DNA of 62,503 bases, counting the filler, from Catajapyx aquilonaris (taxonomy: Eukaryota), in assembly GCA_000934665.2 (NCBI GenBank). It is 2 parts of 2 records of this genome, joined end to end, with 100 filler letters (N's around TTAATTAATTAA, not from the genome) between each part and the next. Parts side by side here need not be neighbours in the genome. Positions count along the whole stretch, not along the records: positions 1 to 31,152 come from KZ539176.1; positions 31,253 to 62,503 come from JYFJ02004583.1. One strand, given 5' to 3'. This document shows positions 23,201 to 33,534 of the stretch, piece after piece. A program made the translations under genes and the position numbers. The notes beneath the pieces were generated by a model that did no database searches, was not told where the DNA came from, and saw only the letters and a program-made list of their open reading frames with translations. The first letter of the stretch is position 1. The number at the start of each line of letters is the position of its first letter.

Positions 23201-24739
23201 CCTTCTCCCACTGTCGAAATTCATTAGTGTCAGCACCCGGAGACTTCTCTGCCAACATCTTGGCGGTAGATATACCAATACTGTCATCAAAACCTTACTA
23301 GTTAACATTTCATAACGGTTCATTTTCACTGCCAATATATATTTTGTAACAAACACTAGCTCCGATTCCCAATACTTTCTATAACAGCCATCAGCAGACC
23401 CCCCTTTGCTCTCCCGAATTTAGATAGTTTTTCTCCAGGGGCCTGATACCACGTGTAACCTAACGAGCCATGTAATTCGACTCAGAAGGGCACACGTCGT
23501 GACCAAAGGAAGGTACACAACAAAGGGTTCGTTCCAATCTGTTTTAATGGTCTGCATATGATATGACACAGTATGTGGTGGTGAGTCTAGGAAGGAGGAA
23601 GGAGAGGAATGACGGAGCGACCAGTGGCCCACCCGCGAGGGCGACCAAAGGCCTCGAGGTGTCATAGGACTTCCCTTTTATAGAGGCAGAGGACAACGGT
23701 TTAGGGAAGGCGCAATGCATGATGGTAAATCAGGAAGGCACAATGCATGACGGTAAATCGAACATGAGCGTCATGAAGGGGAGCTACAACAGTCTCAGAA
23801 GGTCGGAATGTTGCATGATGGATCCAGTAGGGAAGGGCCAAGGTTGGATTGGAACAATGATATGATAACGACAGAATGGTATGTACATGTGAGGAGCCGT
23901 GGTGCAGAGGGGCATATGTCCTTGACAAGGAGATTTGGGAAAAACACAAGAAACCGTTGCACTATGATCCCTGCAGCCTAGCTGTTTCATATCCTAGGCT
24001 TACGTAGAGCAACATGATTGCATTAATTACCTGCAGCAACAAGTTACAAATATCAATAGTGACAGAGATATACAACATTGAAAATTGAGATATGCCCCTT
24101 TGCTCCCAAGATGAGTATCTTTGCCCCTTTGCTTGCCAGGCACTGTCACCTTATGCCCCTTTGAATGCATAAAACATCATGAAAATAGTTGTTTTTCCCT
24201 CACTCTTGCTACTGAACCTCAACAATTGGCCTGGAGTATCTTTTAAGATTGGGAAATGAAGAATGGGATGTGATTAAAAATTTATTGGAAGAATAGTAAT
24301 GGTCTACATCTACACAGCCATACAAAGTATAATATCACTTCACGTAATGTGAGCAAAAGTCAACAAATCAAATTTTCACTCCCACGTCTTCTTCATTACA
24401 CATGCAGTCTTCGTTTTCCTCCATACTTTCCCCATCTTTGTCATCAAGGATGCCAACGTACCATGACAAATTTTGCTGGCTCCTCCACTCGTCACCAAAA
24501 CTCTTTGCCAATAGCATGGCCACATCTTTTTTTTTTTTTTAGCTTCAGTAGCCTGCAACTTGCCTGCCCTTCTGCTTGCAAGGGGGGATTTCCCCCAGAG
24601 AATGGAATGGGTACATATGCCCATATGCTCACAATTTACTATTTCCCGGGTAGCCTCCCATGTATTGCACTACTCCACGTGTCCAGGTTATTTTTTTTGT
24701 AAAACATGGACTTATGCCCCTCTTCACCACTGCTCCTCA

Positions 24740-26513
24740 TTTTCTCTTGCAAATAGTTGAATGGCCATGTCTATAACTTTGGAATATCTGTAAGAAATAA
24801 GTTATACAGCCTACATTTGCAGCATTATTTTTTAGCCTTAATTAAAGAGCAAAAAGAAAAGTAATTACCTCGGATTTTCATCAGGACCACCGTCAACACT
24901 GAAAATCACAACTGGCTTCACGTTACCTACAGGATCTCTCATATGAGCACTAAACTCAGGCATCTGACACATGTCAGAAAAATCTCGAGCATGAGATGCT
25001 GCAGTTGATGAGGTATGCTTTCCTGAACGTATGGCAATATACGTAGGTCCAGAGTAAGTCACTGCTGCCCTGTCAAAGTTATTTTCTGCAATGTTCCACA
25101 GAGCATACACCGATGGGATTAACTTATGCCGCTCTGCCAGAACCCAGTTGTGGTCTGGCAGAGTAACACGGTACTCCAAGTGCATTAAGAGTGGTGCCTG
25201 CTTAACTGCGGCAGGCAATCCAATGGGAACCCTGCACTTATTATCCTGGGACAGGAAGACCACTGAGGATGGTCCCAGGAACGAAGCTAGGTCTTCCAGA
25301 CTGTTAATGGTGCTGATACAAACTTTTGCATCAGGATGAGTCTTGTGCTCATTATTACTTGCCCTGTTTAATTTCACTGGGACAGTTGTCACGTGCCGCC
25401 TCCCTTCCAGAGATGCACTGCAACGTGGCAGCAACCTTAAGTACGTTCCACTACGACTAATCGTGTACCCCTTGGTGTGAAGTTCTTTTGTCAAATCATC
25501 CAAGGTTCGACATGAATTTAGTGCCTCCGAGCGTCTTCGGCTCTCAGCTGATGCACCATGGGTGACAATGTCCACTATTGTCTTGAGCAGATCAGGTTGA
25601 TCCTCTTCCAGTGAGGGCCTTCCCCGCTTCTCACGAATCTAATAAAAAATTGTAATGCATTGTACATCACTTTATAGATAATTTTAAATATAATCACAAA
25701 AATTATCCCATTTGATAACAGTATTGGCCAGCATGGCTCACTGAGTATATACAGTACCGACCTTCTGCTTTACGTGGAGCACGCAACAGAATGTGTGGTA
25801 TAAATTCGCCAATTCCGTTCGGACCTACTAACCTTCAATATTTGTCCAATTTCAGGATGATCTTGCATGACTTCTTCAAGAGCCTTGCGCTTTGTCTCTC
25901 GGTAGCCTTTTGCTTTTTCAGTTTGATATACTCGCCGCTGCAATTTTGCTTTCAAGTCTTTTAACCGCTTCTCCTTCATTGCAAGTTCCTGCCTCTCTTG
26001 CCTTTCAAAGCCCAGTCCAATTTCCTTTCGCCTGTAGAGATCAGCAACCTCAGCAGAGATTGTGGAAATGTCAGTTTTCAACTTCTCTTGTCCTGGTGTT
26101 GTCCAGGTTCCGGTAGTGGCAATTTGTTGAACAGCAGCGCCAGTTGCAACGACTGATGTTGCAGTAAAGATACTGATTTGATAATAATTTATTGGAGTGA
26201 CATCGGGGGAACTGCTGCTTCAGATCTGCTACATGTACCTGGGTCCCCTGGTAGTGAAGGTGCAGGACAATCAGTTCTTGGTTTTCCTGCTGGCTTCTCT
26301 GACCCAGGAATGTGGCTGAAGTAATTCTGCATGGTACTCCTCTTTTTTGTACACAGTATGTCGAGCTCCCGTATGGCCTCCTTTACCTTCTTTTCTAACT
26401 GGACATTGTTTCAGTGCAGCCCACTTGCTTCTACACAATAATTCTTGCACCTCCTGACCTGTCTTGGTAGGATATGCCTTCTTGCAGGCGAAGAACAGGT
26501 CGTTGAAGGACAT
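24740..26513 (-). mobile_element. Zator transposase, multi-exon, 3'-truncated
   Basis: GRPSLEEDQPDLLKTIVDI; RRRSE; TLDDL; YLRLLP; FLSQDNKCRVPIG; VTLPDHNW; YSGPTYIAIRSGKH; VDGGPDENPR/YSKVI. Phase-compatible introns 25639-25832 and 24788-24868. Confidence 0.9.
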
Positions 26514-26779
26514 CCCGGGAAATTTCTATGACAGAGGCATACGAAATAATGTGTATAAACTAATGACAATGACCTCAATTTGGCTAGAAACTATTTTTTT
26601 AAAAAAGTAGGCAGTTGAAGCTTTCTGGTGTACATTAATAAAAAATCTGAGTGTTCATTGTTGTGTTTCTGATTTAAAAATCGGAAGTTACCGGTACTTT
26701 CCGGATGAGCTCGTAGTACCTTACTTAATAGACATCTCTGGAAGGGAACTGCCCCGAACGAAGTGCGAATGGTTCCTGT

Positions 26780-27050
26780 AGCCCCAAACCCCTCCTTCGG
26801 CTCCGTGAACCATCTCTTGATCATCTACCTCGCGCTGGAGTTGTTCAAGTGTGTAAAATCGACCGTTGATCTTCGCACGCTCACGCCTCATGACTGCATT
26901 TTTCCCCTCCTCCTTTGCCTGGCTCATGAAGGGAATCAGCTGCCTCCTTATCTCTCTCTCGTCTTCCGCGAGTAATCCTCCGCTAAGCCATGTTGGTATT
27001 TTTCAGCCTGTACGAGTTTGTCATAAGTGCTTCTTTATCCCCATCGCTGG
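26780..27050 (-). mobile_element. CR1/L2-type LINE ORF1 C-terminal fragment
   Basis: EIRRQLIPFMSQAKEEGKNAVMRRERAKINGRFYTLEQL. Confidence 0.65.
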
Positions 27051-27224
27051 ACTTGGCTGCCTTTGAAAGATATGAAGCGCGGATTTGCAACGGATAATGT
27101 TCATTGGCAAGCACCACAATCTTTGCCAGATAATAATTACACTCATTTTCATTTCAATAAATTAAGAAGCATTAATATGGATGATCACCTTCACATGATA
27201 AATTTAGGTGACTTTATTTTCCAT

Positions 27225-27895
27225 CAGATACGGATACATGCACCTTCTGGTTCTGCACACAGGCAGTTCTCCTCATCCATTTGTATATGACCAGCACGCA
27301 ATGTCTTGTAAAAATCGAATGCATGATCCTCTTTCCACTCAGGACCAACATGCTTACAGAGAAGCGTCTCGATGTTGTCCAGTTTCTTGGGATTCACAGG
27401 AATGCCGATAGGAATTTCAGTTTGACGAATTGATCTTTTTCCCTCTCTTGCGCACTGATATAGTGCCTGACCCGTTAAGGAGTAGTATTAATACGACTCT
27501 CCTGACACCTTAACGCTATCGTTGCATTTTGTGAGAACAAATCGTTTGCAGTCTGTGATCTTAAAATGCAGTGCTTGCGGTGATTTCATGACGTTACCTA
27601 CTGCTTCCTTCCATGTCATAGGGATCCAGCTCTCACCTAGTTCCAAAACTGGCAAATTGGCTGATAACCTCTAGATAGCCACCTGCGAAAAGGATTGTGT
27701 CTTTTTTTCCTTAAATCCTTTTCGATGTTTCCAAATACTCTTATCTGCCGGCAAGTATGAGTGTCCAGTGATTGGAAACACCTATTCGACACTCTTCACA
27801 TGGGTGGCTGACTGACCTAGGAGCCACTTGCACAACATTCCGATCATAGTAGATTTTTTGTTTTGCCCCCCACACCCATCAGCTACCAACCTTTG
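27225..27895 (-). mobile_element. Sola1-type transposase C-terminal fragment (different family from 12110-14080)
   Basis: RLVADGCGG/NKKSTMIGMLCKWL...FPITGHSYLPAD/RVFGNIEK...KKLDNIETLLCKHVGPEW...FYK. Confidence 0.8.
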
Positions 27896-28919
27896 GGGAT
27901 ACTTTTTTTTCTTCTATTGAGTCCCAGGTACAGAGGGCTGAATTTTGCCACAAATATCCGACACAAAATATATAATTCGATAGCGGCCGAGGAGCGAGAA
28001 CAAACACGGTAACGAACCAAAGTTTCGAGGGCACGCATTTCTGCACCGGGTTACATTGCGTAATAACTCTGCGAATTCTAAGCGGTTTTGATGGCAGTAT
28101 AGAGATGCTCTAGAGAAGAAAAGTGCGAGGAATCCATTGGTCACCTTGCCGTACCGGTATCTGCTTTTCTTTGCATCGCAGCGCAACAAAACTCTCGGTA
28201 ACGAACCAAGAAAAAAAGTAACGAACCAAGGCGTGCGATTTTCCACCGTTCAGAACCTTTTCACGGGTAGTATTTGTGAGCTGTTTTGCCACTTCACGGC
28301 GTACATAATTAAAACGAGACACATCATGCCACTGACCAGTCATCAGAGGATTCTCGTGTATTGGTCGATTGACATGGCTGGGTTGTATGACCTGGTCATC
28401 GCTGACTATACCTCATCATGGGACTATGCCGTGATGATTGTGTATGTTGGATGTAACCCAGTATATGAAAAGGGTGCTGCCTGCCTACACACCAGCCTTT
28501 GGGGACCAGGTTGACACAGACACATCATATGAACTGACTAGAGGGGAAAACTTTAATAAATGTTTATTCAAAAATTTATAACAACAAAATTGCTATTTGG
28601 CTCGTATGTACAAAAATCATCTCGGGCAGTGAAAGACAAGGACGTTCATCAGTACCACAGACACGTTACCATTTGAAATTAAAAGAATAGACCTTCCATG
28701 AAAATAAACTCTTAGAGATGGCTGACTTTCATTTCATTAACACAAGAAATTCAATAGCAGTGAACAGGGTGAATTATTCATTCTCTCCACAGTTCATCTC
28801 TTCCGCTATTCTGACGCTGATATTAGAGCATATGATTACATCAAATTGATCTCTCAGATTTGTCTTTCCTTTGATTAACACAAGAAATTCATATCAATGA
28901 GCAGACTAAATTCATTTTC

Positions 28920-30400
28920 TCCACAGCAGGATACTTCAGCCACTCTGACAATACATTCACCAACACTATGTACACTGTGGACACGTCGCATGTGTGGAAT
29001 GGACTTTGTTCTCCCAGTGAGTGTTCAGTTCATCCGAATGGCCCTCAATATCTTCCTCAGGGTACAAAGATCACCTTAATGTTGGGGCAAGCCTGAGATG
29101 CCACGGTGGCAAAATCTTGTGCGGTGTCCACTAATGTTCCTGCCCTGGTTCGTCTCCACACAGCGCCTTTGACGGCAGCCCCAATCCCATCAACGACACC
29201 TTTGCCATGCGTAGATGCAAAAAAAAGTGCCAGCTAAGGGTGACTCCAGAGCGCAAAGTGAACACGTGCAGAAGAGACATCAGATACTTCTGTCAGACCA
29301 CCGCAGGTAGTGGCTGAACTAAAGTTAAATGAGATTATAGCAGGATGGAAATAATACCATTCGGGGAAAGATTGATTATAACATTTTTATTTAATGCTTC
29401 GTAATATGTTTTACTGGACTCACAATATACTCTTTTATTTCACTTTAATTCCATACTATGATTTCTGTTCCCAACAGTGGGATCGTATAGATTTGAATAC
29501 ATTTCTCACTGGGCACCATACTGACATCGTTACATTTGACAACTCCGTAATCACACATCAATAATACTAATATCTAATACCTTCACGCTTCACATTGGCT
29601 TCTCTTAATGATACATGTTACATGCTTACACCTACACGTGTATAAAGAAAAATCTTTGTTGATGGAAATTTGTTATAACAGACATGGCTTACCTGGTATC
29701 AAGATGATTGTGATCCAACAGAGGTACACTACGTACTGCTTCTCGTACTGAATGAATGAATGAATGCTGAATGCTCTTTTCTCGTTATCCCCTAGGGCTT
29801 TTATACTTTCCACCCGTATTCCACGGTATTCCAACTTGCTCGCAATGCCTCCCTCAGTGGGCTCTGGCATATTTACGTATCCCGTCTCTTTGAGATAATA
29901 AAAGGGACAGCTAATGTGTTCCATCGCGTGGATATGCAATTCTGGAGTCATTTGGTGGATTAATCAATGTGGTCCATCATATGACTCGTACTTTCTTTGC
30001 ATATCGTTAATGACCTCGGCACAATCCATTATTACTAATAATATCCGTACGCAATGTCCTTTTAAGACTGTGTGTGTCGTTGTGTCATAATAGCATGCAT
30101 GACACTTCTGCTTAAACTGGGAGGCAGCTCCGTCAGAAAAAATGAGGACTTCACGAAAGTCAGGGCAGCTGTCGTTCAGGTCACTGAGGATGACGTCCAC
30201 AAATTTGTATACGCTGATTTTTCCATGGACCAGACAATCCGATATCAGAGAGTAGCTCCTACACATGCTCGGAGAAACCCATGCGTGGCCAGTAAATACG
30301 GTGCACTGTGGGCAAGCCCAGTGGGCTGCCTGAACTTCGCACTGAGTCTTGAGAGTGTAATTCTCTGCGAAATCCACCTGTAGGACAACTCTTGTTCCAT
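28920..30400 (-). mobile_element. Sola2-type transposase core interrupted by a solo LTR
   Basis: QVDFAENY...EVQAAHW...ISDCLVH...FSDGAASQFKQK, insertion, YLMSLL...WHFF/ASTHGKGVVDGIGAAVK. Confidence 0.85.
29291..30104 (-). mobile_element. Solo LTR (814 bp)
   Basis: TGTCA...TGACA termini; 4-bp TSD CTTC at 29287-29290 and 30105-30108; minus-strand AATAAA near 29390; removal restores QFKQKYLMSLL. Confidence 0.85.
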
Positions 30401-30504
30401 CTGCATTATTAGGCTGCGGCAGGCATCTCTCCTCCTCTTCCTCCTCATCCGTCTCCAGCTCATCCTCCTCGATCCTGACCACCCCGGCACGTAGCGCCGT
30501 TCCT

Positions 30505-31060
30505 CCTTGTATCTGGCAGCGGGAGACGGCTGAATGCATCTGTATTTCCATGGTCCTTACCTGGTCGATATACCAGATCGTAGTCATAACCCCCCAGGTG
30601 CAGGTTCCACCTCAGCATCCGTGGAGACAGCATCATATGCGTTGGCTTTGTCGGGTTCATCAACCCCAAAAGCGGTTTGTGGTCCGTGATGATCGTCACC
30701 CTACGGCCTGCCACATACTGGTGGAACTTCTTTAATTACCTCTGCCGCCTCCTAATCAATCTGTGCATTCTTTCAGTTGCCGATAAGGTGCGGGATGCAA
30801 ATGCCACGGGTGCCTCTGACCCGTCTGTCAACTGGTGGTCCAAAACTGCTCCCGCCCCGTATGGCGACGCATCACATGACAACAGCAGCGGCTTCTCTGG
30901 GTCATAGTGTGCAAGGACGACTGGAGCAGGTCCTTGGCTGCCTTGTAGCTGCTGTGCTGGTCTGGCCCCATGTGAATGTCGACTTGTCATCTAATAGCCG
31001 ATGTAGGGGTTCCAGGATGGTCTCCCTCTTGTTCAGGAAACAACCGTAGTAGTTGTGTCG
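30505..31060 (-). mobile_element. Ty3/Gypsy pol fragment (RT connection and RNase H)
   Basis: NYYG...LEPLHRLL...FTWG; LAHYDPEKPLLLSCDASPYGAGAVL; PVAFASRTLS; TDHKPL; RW; YRPGKDHGNTDAFSRLP. Confidence 0.92.
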
Positions 31061-31152
31061 ACCAGAAAGGTGCTGGTCCGTCAGGTGGTGGGAATAATGC
31101 ACGTAACGTCCAGATGCAACTAATAGTTTATTTACACCATATGGAAAGGCAA

Positions 31153-31252
31153 NNNNNNNNNNNNNNNNNNNNNNNNNNNNNNNNNNNNNNNNNNNNTTAA
31201 TTAATTAANNNNNNNNNNNNNNNNNNNNNNNNNNNNNNNNNNNNNNNNNNNN
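31153..31252. other. Artificial contig spacer (N44-TTAATTAATTAA-N44)
   Basis: Exactly 100 bp, symmetric, with a central 12-mer giving stops in all six frames. Confidence 0.95.
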
Positions 31253-33301
31253 ATGAATTTTTTTTGTTCAATAAAAATAAAATTTTGACAAATGTCCTTA
31301 ACTTATAGGTAGAAAAAGAGATAAAAGTGAGCAAATGTAGTTAGCATTGAAATCAAGTGATTTTCATGATTCACTTTGTTTCTCTGCACAAAATCCAGGC
31401 GTGGAACAAAATTCTTGTATAGCTGACACTTTTTGGAATAATCAATACGACGGATACACTAGCAAGATTACGGTTGCAGAATTTCTGAATGTCTTCTACT
31501 TCCACAATGCACCGCACTCCACACTGGAAATTGCCTCAGGTGGTAACGACAAAAACAGACATAAACGTAGAAGGGCAAAAAAAAGATGGTTGCATTACTT
31601 TTTCTACACCAGGAAGACATCTCGAGGAATATGGTTCCTCCACGGTGCATGGCTCCATTACTAGAGATAAAGCAGAAGATGAGAAACATCCTGAAGAAAA
31701 AAGGGAAAGCCTTTCAAGGAACCTAGAGGATGATGTTGTCAGGATCGAAATTTATTCGTGACAAGACCAAAGCCACTGACTGCGTTTTTTTATTTAAGAA
31801 AATGACTGCCCATAAAATATAGTACAACCAATTCCTTTCTCTTTAACTATCCGGTACTTCCTAATGAAGTGCATAATGTTAGGAACTCATTTTGACACAC
31901 CCTGTACTGGACAACCAACAAGAATTCTGTTTGTAACAATCGAATTGTATAGTGGCCGTCACGAAGTTGAACTTTTGGAGAACTGGTGTTAGGTTCGTGT
32001 TGTTTGTACCGGCCAGATCGTTTGATTGCAGTGTCAAGTACAACCATTTTGCTTTCATTTAAATATGTAATGACTGTTGTGAATTGATACTGTCTTGTAC
32101 AGTGGTTCGCAGAAGGAGAGTCATTAACGTGTTTGTTTACCGTGATGGTGATTATAGCCTCCGCGAATTTTTGGTGGCGAAAATTATAGGTTATCAGCTC
32201 AACAATTTGCTGAAGGCGATACTATTTAACTAATGATATAGAACCGCAACAATGTACAGGGTGGTTCGTAATTATTTCCACGTCATGATGAATCGAATAC
32301 ATCACAGAACCAAATGCAGTTGGATTTAAAAAAATGGCGTCGCTCAAGGCGAAATGGCTTAGAGTGGTCCCATTGTTGTTCCCATTCACCGTAATCATAC
32401 ATCATCTTTCTCGTTATTGTAATATTTTGAAAGCTGATCCCCTTGGTTGCTCATTAATCACAGGAGAGGTGATCCTCACTCTAGCTTGAATTTTCTTGAG
32501 CGTCAACCCACGCAGGGCATATGCTTTTAAGGCTGTCAGCTTCTAAATGGAACATGCACCTACTGGTTAAGAGTGCGGAACTAATTTAAGCCGAATGGTA
32601 ATCGACATTTTAAAGAGCACTCTGTGGTTAAACTTTAAAATGTTATTATGATTGCAACTTTTTGCTATATTTCAACAAAGATTTTTCTGCCAATATCCAA
32701 TGGAAGTTATAGCTTTTTTTTCGTAGTTATATCTCTAGTGGGATAAGAGCTTAATAAGAGAGTGACGATCGACTGCACGAGAGTTGACAAAAGCCGATTT
32801 CCAATAGCATCCGCCTCAAAACTTTTTTCTTCGGATTTATCAAACGGACTTGGCCATTTGGAAACCTCATTTGTTCCATTTAATTCGATTTCACGGTGGA
32901 TTTATCGGCATTTAAAGTTTCAAGCACCGCCAGGGTCTTCATAGATGGAAACTTTCAGCTCGCTATCTCTTCAATGACTCATCAGGCGCTGACCTGACAT
33001 AAACAAGGTTGTAAATACTCCTATAACTGGCTACATCTTGGGTAACAGTCCTGCATGTGCCTTCATTTCAGCGATTGTGTTCCTCCATTTTCATAATCAC
33101 TTCCAGAAAGTAATTTCTCCTCCTATTACTGCTCATTCAATTATGCGACACGTCGTCAAAGTTATGACGAGTTAGGCTAGTAGTAAGCTAGCTGGTATTA
33201 AAGCTACCCAAGTAGGAATATTTTAGTACAGGACTTTCCTAGTAGATATCTCTCACACAGATGGCGCACCCTCCCTTTCTGCACGCTCCTGCCATATTTA
33301 A

Positions 33302-33534
33302 TTCTGTCATATTGCTAGCGACATTTTCTGATGCGGCAGACATGCAAATCGAAGCCGTGCGAGTAAGAAGAGGTAGGCTTTGAGTGACGTCACCGGCTGG
33401 GGGGAAATGAAGAAAAGGCTTGTCCCCGGCCAGTGACGTCACCCAAGGGCTACCATTTCTTACACGGCTCGCACTCTATCACTTCGATTTGCATGTCTGC
33501 CGCATTGGAAAATGTCACTAAAAGTATGACAGAA
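33302..33534. mobile_element. Hairpin MITE, family A copy 1
   Basis: Long imperfect inverted arms TTCTGTCATA...TATGACAGAA; related copies at ~52528-52621 and 54426-54790. Confidence 0.75.

Larger units (their letters stand above)
1..31152 (+). other. Putative uni-strand piRNA cluster / antisense transposon-fragment array (predicted plus-strand precursor)
   Basis: About 28 adjacent TE/viral coding fragments from more than a dozen element groups, all on the minus strand except one R1 insertion. No intact host gene seen. Function is inferred from architecture only. Confidence 0.7.

Noticed and set aside
29964..30587. 207-aa ORF as a real gene
   Set aside because: Chimeric: off-frame Gypsy sequence, Sola2 core and read-through into the solo LTR.
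31399..31761. Possible terminal exon after the spacer
   Set aside because: Two competing short frames and no recognisable domain.
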